Below, piece by piece: positions 56,672 to 64,000 of a stretch of DNA of 64,000 nt. The notes beneath the pieces are model-generated. The model saw only the letters and a program-made list of their open reading frames with translations, was not told the DNA's origin and made no database searches. Every line of letters starts with the position of its first letter. Within the stretch, counting starts at the first letter, position 1. The position numbers and the translations under genes were made by a program. This DNA is from an uncultured Candidatus Saccharibacteria bacterium (GTDB taxonomy: Bacteria; Patescibacteriota; Saccharimonadia; Saccharimonadales; Saccharimonadaceae): positions 63,946 through 127,945 of the forward strand of contig CAOLNK010000001.1 in NCBI GenBank assembly GCA_948477625.1, given 5' to 3'.

Positions 56672-57349
56672 ATGCACATCAAACAACTTTTTGTTAATTT
56701 GGGAATGATTTTGGCGCTTGGCGCTCTATTTTTGTCTGTTCCGACCTTTGCTACGGGTGAAGAAGAGCCGGACTTGCCCAATCAAAGCGAAAATACTGAT
56801 GACGCTGACGAAACTGAAGATGAGGATGAAGGTGGCGCTGATGATACCGAGAATAATTCTTCTGACAACTCCTCCATTGGTGGTGGCCTAAATGCTGACG
56901 GTAACAACCATCCTGCCCCTAGTGAACCTTCTCAGCCAGATGTCCCCAGCGTTTCCAAACCTCTACCTCAGCCTGAAGACCCTGACACGGAAGGCCCTCA
57001 ATCTACACCTAGCACTCCTACCGCCAAACCTACGCTTCCTACAGCTACTCTCAAGCCCCAGGTACAACCCTCAAGGCCAAATATAACAGCCACTCCAGTA
57101 GCACCAACTCCTGAAATGGTCGACGATAAGGTGGCTTCAACCGTGCCAACTATTCCTGCCGCTCCTAATGACAATATTGCGCCCACAGACATCGAAACTC
57201 CGCTCACTGGTATCGCAGAAGACCAATCCACTCCAGCCAATCCTCTTGCTATCGTCCTTCTCATTTTAGCCGGCATCACAATTATTGCTGCTGGCATCAT
57301 CAGTACCCTGCTGAGTAAAGTTGCCCAGCGTAACCAATCCGCGATTTAG
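56672..57349 (+). CDS. acidic/Pro-rich secreted protein with LPXTG-like sorting signal
   Basis: The start is at MHIKQLF after a GGGAGA SD. It has a signal peptide, a D/E then P/T-rich linker, and TPLTG followed by a TM and a charged tail. Confidence 0.45.
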   Translation: MHIKQLFVNLGMILALGALFLSVPTFATGEEEPDLPNQSENTDDADETEDEDEGGADDTENNSSDNSSIGGGLNADGNNHPAPSEPSQPDVPSVSKPLPQPEDPDTEGPQSTPSTPTAKPTLPTATLKPQVQPSRPNITATPVAPTPEMVDDKVASTVPTIPAAPNDNIAPTDIETPLTGIAEDQSTPANPLAIVLLILAGITIIAAGIISTLLSKVAQRNQSAI

Positions 57350-57411
57350 TGTAAAGTTCTTCACATTTCTGCCATTCTGTGATATAATCAAAGAGCGTTT
57401 AGCTGGCAAAT

Positions 57412-57488
57412 GGGCTGTTAGCTCAGTTGGCTAGAGCGCGTCTTTGACGTAGACGAGGTCAGAGGTTCGAATCCTCTATGGCCCACCA
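57412..57488 (+). tRNA. tRNA-Val (anticodon GAC)
   Basis: Cloverleaf: acceptor GGGCTGT/ATGGCCC, anticodon loop TTGACGT, T-loop TTCGAAT, CCA encoded. Confidence 0.9.
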
Positions 57489-57509
57489 TACATCCATATT
57501 AGACAATTT

Positions 57510-57586
57510 GGGTCGGTAGCTCAGTTGGTTAGAGCACGGGCCTTTTAAGCCCGGTGTCGAGAGTTCGAGCCTCTCCCGACTCACCA
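57510..57586 (+). tRNA. tRNA-Lys (anticodon TTT)
   Basis: Cloverleaf: acceptor GGGTCGG/CCGACTC, anticodon loop CTTTTAA, CCA encoded. Confidence 0.9.
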
Positions 57587-57630
57587 AATTGATTTTTAGA
57601 GTCTAATAGGACAAATGTCAGCTCAACGTA

Positions 57631-57662
57631 AACAACTCCTGCCTGTGCAGGAGTTGTTTTTT
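57631..57662 (+). terminator. rho-independent terminator after the tRNA pair
   Basis: aacaactcctgc / gcaggagttgtt stem followed by a T run. Confidence 0.7.
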
Positions 57663-57664
57663 GC

Positions 57665-58112
57665 AAAAGATCGGCACCCACCGCGGATGTACAGAAGGCA
57701 GCGGAGGGGGAGACCGTTGTAGCGATCGTACGGACCATACGACGGGCGCGACTCAGTAGCATTAAACTCAAACCAGTAAGCCAAGGTAGACGAAGTCGGA
57801 GAGGTACGCGACGACCACTCGTAACCAATGTAGCCAGCGAGCCTAAAAGTACCAGCAGCGGTGGCCGGATGTACATACCCGCTGCGCACGAAGCATCCGT
57901 ACCGCGCACCTTCATCTGAGTTCGGGTGACAACTGATGACAAAATACCACAGTCATGGGTAAAGAGGCTTATTTGCAAGTATAATAACCATAATTATTAC
58001 TGTTCTATCCTCTCGTTTGCTCTCGCCAAACCTCAAGGCCAGCCTCACGATCTTTTTTCGGAAACCGCTGGTGGGCGGAGGAGTGAGCTCGGCTACCTTT
58101 GGTGTCCATGGA
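57665..58112 (-). repeat. lectin-like cassette copy E with A-type flanks
   Basis: The core at 57695-57892 encodes VRSGYVHP..GYEWSSR..GLPLRCL. AAAAGATCG lies at 57665 and CGATCTTTT at 58048, and the 67-nt block at 58046-58112 is about 82% identical to 6259-6326. Confidence 0.7.
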
Positions 58113-58157
58113 CGCTTATCCACAAAATCATTGTAACACGATGTTATAATATAGCTT

Positions 58158-58517
58158 ATGAACCGCGCTCAAACCGAAACCTTCATTCAGGAAAACTTTG
58201 CCGGAATCCTTCAGGATTACCCTTGGGAAGACACTCCAGATTATACAGTCTTCCGCCATGCCAATAATCGCAAATGGTTTGCCTTAATTGCCAATGCCAA
58301 ATATCAAACCCTTAGTCTTGATCAGTCGGGAAATGTTGATTTTATCAATCTCAAGTGCGACCCTGACTTGTTGGAAGATCTCTTGCAACAGCCTGCCATT
58401 TTGCCGGCCTACCATATGAACAAGCGTCATTGGCTCACTATTCCACTCGACAATTCCTGCCCTGCTAATCAAATCAAAAATTTGATTGATTTGAGTTATC
58501 GGCTGACTATGCTATAA
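58158..58517 (+). CDS. MmcQ/YjbR family DNA-binding protein
   Basis: YPWEDTPDYTVFRHANNRKWFALI...HMNKRHWLTIPLD pattern. The promoter is a leaderless TATAAT. Confidence 0.75.
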   Translation: MNRAQTETFIQENFAGILQDYPWEDTPDYTVFRHANNRKWFALIANAKYQTLSLDQSGNVDFINLKCDPDLLEDLLQQPAILPAYHMNKRHWLTIPLDNSCPANQIKNLIDLSYRLTML

Positions 58518-58528
58518 TAGATGAAGTT

Positions 58529-59371
58529 ATGGTAGAGAAAACTGCGAACAAGGCTACTAAGCCAGCCAAAAAACCTGTTAATTCGGCAAAATCCAAGACC
58601 ACAAGCAAGTCTGCTAAGACTTCGGCGTCAAAGAAAGCCAAATCAATTTCCGATTATAATGGTTATGATTACAAAAAAATCTTCTGGGAAGATGCCGATC
58701 GTAAATACGAGGATGCTGCCGATCGCATGGCAATTCGCCGTCTTTTGCCACGCCAGATGGATAATTTCGTCGATATCGCTGGCGGTTACGGTCGCCTCGC
58801 TAATGAATATCTCCCGCGCACCAAAGTCGCCACCTTGTTTGATTATTCCGAAACTGAGCTTGCCCAAGCCAAAGAAATCTACGGCAATCAACTCGAGACC
58901 AAATCCGGTGATATTTATAGCCTTCCATTCAAAGACAACACCTTTGACGCTTTACTGATGGTGCGTGCCACACATCACTTCAAAGATATGCAAAAAGTTA
59001 TGGATGAGCTATATCGCGTACTCAAGCCCGGTGGAGTTGCGGTAATTGAGGTTGCCAACAAAAAGACATTGCCGCGTATGTTCCGTTATTGGACAGGGAA
59101 GACCGATCAAAATCCATTTAGTCTTGAACCAATCCACCTCAAAGAAATTGACGCCGACGGTTTTTATAATTATCATCCTAAATACATTGAACAAATCTTC
59201 CATAATTCCGGTTTCCAGATTAGCGAAGTGCTCTCCGTTTCTAATTTCCGTAGTGCTCGCCTCAAGGCAATTTTTGGCAATAAATTCTTAATTAATCTCG
59301 AATCTGGCGCCCAAAAACTCCTTGCCTCTGTGCGCTTTGCGCCATCAATTTATTATAAATTGGTGAAGTAA
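58529..59371 (+). CDS. class I SAM-dependent methyltransferase with Lys-rich N-terminal tail
   Basis: Motif I-like VDIAGGYGRL, then LKPGGVAVIEV. The N-terminal 45 aa are K/A/S/T-rich. Confidence 0.7.
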   Translation: MVEKTANKATKPAKKPVNSAKSKTTSKSAKTSASKKAKSISDYNGYDYKKIFWEDADRKYEDAADRMAIRRLLPRQMDNFVDIAGGYGRLANEYLPRTKVATLFDYSETELAQAKEIYGNQLETKSGDIYSLPFKDNTFDALLMVRATHHFKDMQKVMDELYRVLKPGGVAVIEVANKKTLPRMFRYWTGKTDQNPFSLEPIHLKEIDADGFYNYHPKYIEQIFHNSGFQISEVLSVSNFRSARLKAIFGNKFLINLESGAQKLLASVRFAPSIYYKLVK

Positions 59372-59391
59372 GCAGAAATAGGCTTAAGTTA

Positions 59392-59420
59392 TTGACCTTT
59401 TGAACTAAGTATAGTATAAT
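59392..59420 (+). promoter_or_regulatory. consensus promoter (TTGACC-17-TATAAT)
   Basis: It drives a ~150-nt leader with a 13-bp hairpin (ttccaccctaaac/gtttagggtggaa) before the 59579 start. Confidence 0.55.
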
Positions 59421-59578
59421 TAAAAATAACTTAGAAAATTACGCTAAGTCAAGCACTTTTTGATAACAGAACTTCGATATTTCCACCCTAAACGCCTATC
59501 TCACTACTGGTAGTTGTTTAGGGTGGAAATAAAGTCTTCCCAAACCACAGTCTACTGGACTTTAAATGGAGGGAGTTT

Positions 59579-60049
59579 ATGAGGAGAACCAAAGTAGTAC
59601 TGCTTATGGCGATAGCGTTTGTAATGGGCGTGTTTTGCACTATAGCCGTAATGGACAGTCCGGCAAAGAAGGGACAGCCATCACAGAGCTCGACAGCTGG
59701 GATTATGATATCGGATGATTATCCGAACCCCTGTGTTGTCGAATTTGTAGCGACCAAACCTATCGCTCCTGCTTTCCGTGTCGCAAGAGGAGATCATCGT
59801 ACGGCGGATTATTATCTCCGTAACGATGAAAAACAGCAAGAATGGAACCCTCTTGATATTGATGTGGAGAGGACGTTTCGGCTCTTAGATGAAGTGTCTC
59901 GGGTTGAAGGCATAGAGGTTGGGGATATTAGCGCCCGGGAATACACGTTGCGCATTATTATCGCCGAAAGCCATATCGAGCGCAAAGATACAATTACCGC
60001 AGAAGTTTTAGAAATCCTCAAAAATTTCGAAGACGACACATGGTTGTAG
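59579..60049 (+). CDS. hypothetical signal-anchored protein (156 aa)
   Basis: A GGAGGGAG SD lies 5 nt upstream. It has an N-terminal TM (VVLLMAIAFVMGVFCTIAV), and a terminator follows. Confidence 0.5.
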   Translation: MRRTKVVLLMAIAFVMGVFCTIAVMDSPAKKGQPSQSSTAGIMISDDYPNPCVVEFVATKPIAPAFRVARGDHRTADYYLRNDEKQQEWNPLDIDVERTFRLLDEVSRVEGIEVGDISAREYTLRIIIAESHIERKDTITAEVLEILKNFEDDTWL

Positions 60050-60063
60050 TTCTGTTACCGAAA

Positions 60064-60106
60064 GCCTCGGTTATACATATTAACATGTATAACCGAGGCT
60101 ATATTT
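60064..60106. terminator. terminator hairpin
   Basis: gcctcggttatacat / atgtataaccgaggc (15-bp stem). Confidence 0.7.
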
Positions 60107-60123
60107 CTTGCTCTCGTCATTTC

Positions 60124-60198
60124 TGGCGGCCTCAGCTGGAATCGAACCAGCATTGTAGACTTAGAGGGTCTATGTCCTATCCGTTGAACGATGAGGCC
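60124..60198 (-). tRNA. tRNA-Arg (anticodon TCT)
   Basis: Cloverleaf: acceptor GGCCTCA/TGAGGCC, anticodon loop CCTCTAA, CCA encoded. Confidence 0.9.
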
Positions 60199-60288
60199 GT
60201 GGCCTAATTTTAGCACAAAAATGTCAAAAAAAGTATACCACCCCCATGGGTGGTATACTCCTATAACATATTTTTATAATTCTGTCAA

Positions 60289-60363
60289 TGGTGACCTCTG
60301 CGGGAATCGAACCCGCGTTGCCGGGATGAAAACCCGATGTACTAACCGTTATACTAAGAGGCC
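60289..60363 (-). tRNA. tRNA-Glu (anticodon TTC)
   Basis: Cloverleaf: acceptor GGCCTCT/AGAGGTC, anticodon loop TTTTCAT, CCA encoded. Confidence 0.9.
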
Positions 60364-60444
60364 GTAATTCTATTGTAACAAAAGTCGGGATTTTCGTCAA
60401 CTAGTTTCCGCGGTGGGCTACAGCTAAAGCTCTAGCCCAGGGTT

Positions 60445-61188
60445 CTATTTAGCTACACCAGGGAATTTATCAGCTAAATCGGTCGGCAAGAGAATTACAG
60501 TCTTCTGTGAGGGGTCGGTACTAATTTTCTCCAAAGTCTGTAAGGTGCGGATATTGATCCCGCCCGGAGTTTCTGCCAGCATGCGCGCCGCCTCAGCCAC
60601 GGCTGTCGCGGCGCTCTTCTCGCCCTCTGCTGAGATAATTGCTGCACGGCGTTCACGTTCCGCTTCGGCTTGCTTTGCCATGGCTCGCTTCATATCTGAA
60701 GGCAATTCAATATTTTGCAACTTTACGCTCTCAATATCAATCCCCCACTTATCAGTTTGTGTATCGACAATCTCCCGAATTTGTTGCGAAATCCTGTCGC
60801 GCTCCGAAAGTAGCTGATCGAGGTCAAAATTTCCCGTCACATCACGCAATGCCGTTTGTGCAAAAGTGCTAGTAGCATACCGATAATTCGTTGTTTCAAG
60901 CACTGCCTTCTGTGCATCAATCACGCGCGCATATACCACAGCGTCCACATTTACGGTCACATTATCTCGCGTAATCACTTCTTGCTTGGGGATATCCATT
61001 GGGGTCGTACGAACGTCTACCTTAATCATTTTGTCTATGTAGGGGATAATAACCCGAAAGCCTGGACTCAATGTGCGTGAATATTTACCCAACCGCAAAA
61101 TCACTCCCCGCTCGTACTGATTAATAATCCGCACACCAGGGATAATTACTAATAATACAATTACTAAAAGAAAAACAAGAATCGCCAT
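60445..61188 (-). CDS. SPFH/Band 7 (stomatin-like) membrane protein
   Basis: N-terminal TM, then VRIINQYERGVILRLGKY, ITRDNVTVNVDAVVY and a coiled AEAERERRAAI tail. Confidence 0.85.
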   Translation of the reverse strand: MAILVFLLVIVLLVIIPGVRIINQYERGVILRLGKYSRTLSPGFRVIIPYIDKMIKVDVRTTPMDIPKQEVITRDNVTVNVDAVVYARVIDAQKAVLETTNYRYATSTFAQTALRDVTGNFDLDQLLSERDRISQQIREIVDTQTDKWGIDIESVKLQNIELPSDMKRAMAKQAEAERERRAAIISAEGEKSAATAVAEAARMLAETPGGINIRTLQTLEKISTDPSQKTVILLPTDLADKFPGVAK

Positions 61189-61288
61189 GACTTAACTCCC
61201 AATTATTATGGATAAATTATACCACAAAAACCTAGCCGTCAAAAGCAGCTTACCTCAAGTTTATCATAAGCGTGATAAAATGTCAATA

Positions 61289-61759
61289 CTATTTTGGAAA
61301 ATCACCTTCTTCGCACTGCCAAGTATAGCTCACAGTATAATCACGCGGGCCATACGGCTCAGTTGGAAAGAATTTTGCACCAGTATTATTAGTGTCACAC
61401 CCAAGCCGTTCAAAATATTTGGCTGAACTAGCGTATTCGTCATTATTGTAGTGTAATAATTGTCGTAAATAAGTCGTCGGCACACCTATCTCATTATAAA
61501 CTTCTAAAACTTTCTTTGGATCACTATCTAAGTTTCCGAGAAGCCGCGGATAAAGATACTCGACATAATAGGCATTAGCAATTTTTTCTAACTCCGATTC
61601 GGCTTTTTCTTGCGGCGTCTTGAAGAATCCCGTACATAAAGCCAGCACAATCAACAAAGTTGAACAAATCACAATCCCTATTAGCGTCCATTCCGGCCAA
61701 CCCAAAACGTGCTTGGATTTATTTTTTTGAACCTTCTGTTTTGTTGTTTTTTTGCCCAT
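61289..61759 (-). CDS. hypothetical membrane-anchored protein (156 aa)
   Basis: Basic N-terminus, a single TM (WTLIGIVICSTLLIVLALCTGFF) and an extracytoplasmic domain. Confidence 0.5.
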   Translation of the reverse strand: MGKKTTKQKVQKNKSKHVLGWPEWTLIGIVICSTLLIVLALCTGFFKTPQEKAESELEKIANAYYVEYLYPRLLGNLDSDPKKVLEVYNEIGVPTTYLRQLLHYNNDEYASSAKYFERLGCDTNNTGAKFFPTEPYGPRDYTVSYTWQCEEGDFPK

Positions 61760-61838
61760 AAGACAATTTTACCATAAATATTATAAAACGAGAAGCTAGT
61801 CTAGTATCTTATCTGTTTCTATGGTAAAATATGAATAT

Positions 61839-63269
61839 ATGAGTAAACTATTTAAACGCACAAAAATCTTGGCTACGATTGGCCCAGCCGTCGATAGCGC
61901 TGAAAAAATCGAAGAAATTATCATGGCTGGAGTCAACGGCTGTCGCCTTAACTTCTCGCACGGGACTTATGAAAAAATGGACGAGTTTATTAGTTGGATT
62001 CGCCAAGCCGCCGAGAAAAAAGGTCGCGCCATTACAATTCTGCAGGATTTGCAGGGGCCAAAAATCCGCCTTGGGCAGATTCAAAACAATCATCACGATA
62101 TCGCCGAGGGCGATGAGATTATCCTTGATTATGCTATGAAGGAGCATGATGGTAGCCTAACTTTTCCAATTCAGTACAATTTGGCGGAGAAAGTCAAAGT
62201 AGGTGAGCCAATCTACATCTTTGATGGTAAAATTCGTACCCATGTCACTGAGATTCTTTCTGATACCGCCATCAAGCTGGTAGCCGAGAACTCTGGCTTT
62301 ATCATGAGCAATAAGGGCCTCAACTTGCCCGATACCGACTTTGGCGGCGACATCCTCACCCCCAAGGACTTAGCCGACATCGAATGGGGAATTAGTCGCG
62401 ATTTTGATTACGTAGCACTCTCGTTCGTGCAATGTGCTGATGATATCGAGCAATTGCGCTCATTGCTCCGTTCCAAAGGTTCTAGCGCCAAGATTATCGC
62501 CAAGATCGAAACCAAGAAAGCCGTTGAAGACGACGCATATCTTGAGAAAATTGTGGAAGCTAGCGACGCTATTATGGTAGCTCGCGGTGACATGGCCTAT
62601 GAAGCTGGTGCCGAAATCGTACCAATTGTTCAGCGCAAGTTGGTAAATTTCTGCCGCAAACACGCTAAGATCTGTATTGTGGCCACACAGACTATGGGTT
62701 CGATGGTAGATAGCCCTATTCCAACCCGTGCCGAAGTGAGCGATGTGGCAAATGCCGTCATCCAGGGCGCCGATGTGGTAATGCTTTCCGACGAAACTAC
62801 TAATGGTAAATATCCCCTCGAAACCGTCAAAGAGCTCAAAAAGATTATTCTCTATACCCAGAATCATTCCACAGTAGCGCCAATTCCTGAAGATCCTCAG
62901 GGTGACAATCCGAATTATGACGCATTGTCTGAAGCGGCTGCCAGTTTGGCTGAGCGCCTTGAAGCCGATGTGATCATCTGTCAGACCGCTTCTGGTGCCA
63001 CCGCTCGCGCTATGGCCTCGCAACGGCCAAATCTGCCCATTATTACTGTAACTGGTGATCAGCGCGTCGCTAACCAGCTGGCTCTAACCTACGCCAACTC
63101 CGCCTTTGTTCGTCCTTACTCAGTCAACTGCGGCGTCGACTTGGCGCGCGAACTCAAGGCTTCGGGCTATCTGCAACTTGCAGAAGGGCACGACCGCTTA
63201 CGCGTGGTCGTGGTTTCCGGCGACCGGGATGTCGCCGGAACCGACACTATCAAATTGCGTGAGATTTAG
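61839..63269 (+). CDS. pyk: pyruvate kinase
   Basis: RTKILATIGPA, NFSHG, MVARGDM and ATQTMGSM motifs. The start is at MSKLFK, 7 nt after TGGTAAAAT (leaderless). Confidence 0.9.
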   Translation: MSKLFKRTKILATIGPAVDSAEKIEEIIMAGVNGCRLNFSHGTYEKMDEFISWIRQAAEKKGRAITILQDLQGPKIRLGQIQNNHHDIAEGDEIILDYAMKEHDGSLTFPIQYNLAEKVKVGEPIYIFDGKIRTHVTEILSDTAIKLVAENSGFIMSNKGLNLPDTDFGGDILTPKDLADIEWGISRDFDYVALSFVQCADDIEQLRSLLRSKGSSAKIIAKIETKKAVEDDAYLEKIVEASDAIMVARGDMAYEAGAEIVPIVQRKLVNFCRKHAKICIVATQTMGSMVDSPIPTRAEVSDVANAVIQGADVVMLSDETTNGKYPLETVKELKKIILYTQNHSTVAPIPEDPQGDNPNYDALSEAAASLAERLEADVIICQTASGATARAMASQRPNLPIITVTGDQRVANQLALTYANSAFVRPYSVNCGVDLARELKASGYLQLAEGHDRLRVVVVSGDRDVAGTDTIKLREI

Positions 63270-63289
63270 CATTTACTATAAGGAGGGAA

Positions 63290-64000
63290 ATGTTTTCTAA
63301 GAAAACGGTTCGCGACGTTGACGTCGAGGATAAAATCATTTTGGTACGCACAGACTATAATGTGCCATTGGTGTCCATCGAGGCGGGCGAACTAGAGCGT
63401 GATCCGGTAGTGGTTAATCCAGCCGGCGACCAAAAGCAACAAATCGCCAGCGACCTGCGCATCCAGGCTAGTTTGCCTACTATCAAATATCTTTTGGAGC
63501 ACAAGGCGGCCAAGATTATCCTGATGTCACACCTCGGGCGTCCCGGCGGCCAGCGTGATAAAACGCTTTCTCTGCGTGTTGTAGCGGAAAAATTAGCTGA
63601 GCTTCTCCCTGGAGTTGCAGTGAACTTTGTCGATGAAGTTTCTGGCCCCGAAGTCGAAATGGCCGTGGAAGATTTACCCGATGGCGGTATTCTCTTGCTC
63701 GAAAATCTCCGTTTTTCTCCTGAAGAGGAGGCTAATTCCGAGGAATATGCCCGCGAAATTGTCGATTCTACTCATGCTGAGCTCTTTGTGCAAGACGGTT
63801 TTGCTGTAGTGCATCGCGCTCACGCTTCCACTGACGCCATTACCCACATTCTCCCCTCCGTTGCTGGTCTCTTGCTCGAGAAAGAAGTCAAAACCCTTAC
63901 CGAGGTCGCCGAAGCGCCGGAGCATCCTTTCGTAGTGATTATCGGTGGAGCGAAGGTTTCCGACAAGCAACCTCTGATTGATAAGTTTTTATCGATTGCG
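63290..64000 (+). CDS. pgk: phosphoglycerate kinase (5' part; runs off the window)
   Basis: A GGAGGG SD, then MFSKKTVRDVDV..ILVRTDYNVPL, LMSHLGRP, LLENLRF and IIGGAKVSDK. The frame is open to position 64000. Confidence 0.9.
   Translation, partial: MFSKKTVRDVDVEDKIILVRTDYNVPLVSIEAGELERDPVVVNPAGDQKQQIASDLRIQASLPTIKYLLEHKAAKIILMSHLGRPGGQRDKTLSLRVVAEKLAELLPGVAVNFVDEVSGPEVEMAVEDLPDGGILLLENLRFSPEEEANSEEYAREIVDSTHAELFVQDGFAVVHRAHASTDAITHILPSVAGLLLEKEVKTLTEVAEAPEHPFVVIIGGAKVSDKQPLIDKFLSIA

Noticed and set aside
57529-58267. ORFs 57529-57978(-) and 57926-58267(+) overlapping cassette E, and the analogous ORFs 5850-6131(+), 6206-6388(+) and 6223-6432(-) over cassette A.
   Set aside because: These are alternative-frame or antisense readings of the repeat unit. 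The A/E comparison shows a 1-nt indel in the conserved block, and there are no start signals.
1-64000. rRNA operons, a prophage, IS elements/transposases, and known riboswitches.
   Set aside because: I saw no rRNA-like conserved stretches, no transposase, phage structural or terminase-like ORFs, and no leader that I could match from memory to a known riboswitch consensus. The only recombinase is the one in the inversion locus.

Overview
This 64-kb window comes from a compact, roughly 45-50% GC genome with a Gram-positive-like envelope. I infer a Saccharibacteria/CPR-type episymbiont or similar reduced lineage. The grounds are extended -10 promoters (TGnTATAAT) sitting 6-9 nt from start codons, which implies leaderless mRNAs; a type IV pilin-like operon; many lineage-specific membrane proteins; and extra segments inside housekeeping enzymes. 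The backbone genes are a murC-like ligase, rubrerythrin, typA, tatD, cysteine desulfurase-mnmA, alaS, uvrD/pcrA, rsmA, metG, pheST, an FKBP isomerase, a trxB-like reductase, sbcB, uvrA, an SPFH protein, pyk and partial pgk, plus 7 tRNA genes. I found no rRNA, CRISPR array, transposase or prophage. Five accessory or unusual features stand out. (1) A tyrosine-recombinase gene lies between perfect 209-bp inverted repeats. These repeats carry the -10 box, leader and first 47 codons of two opposed paralogous secreted-protein genes, and only one side has a -35 box, so this looks like an invertible promoter toggle. It heads a WxL/Csc-like surface-protein locus, and a second, smaller such locus sits at 7.4-9.1 kb. 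(2) Five dispersed copies of a FISUMP/C-type-lectin-like C-terminal coding cassette have nucleotide-conserved junctions and variable interiors. One pair is head-to-head around two operator-like palindromes, and one pair is a perfect 224-bp inverted repeat 10.8 kb apart. (3) GC-rich palindromic modules are shared between an intergenic site and in-frame extra segments of typA, and probably tatD, resembling Rickettsia palindromic elements. (4) Single-gene accessory insertions each have a consensus -35/-10 promoter, a long structured leader and a strong SD, unlike the leaderless core genes. One encodes an orphan PD-(D/E)xK CdiA-CT-like nuclease. (5) An accessory island of unknown-function genes lies next to tRNA-Pro. 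All functional calls come from motif recognition by eye and no searches were run.
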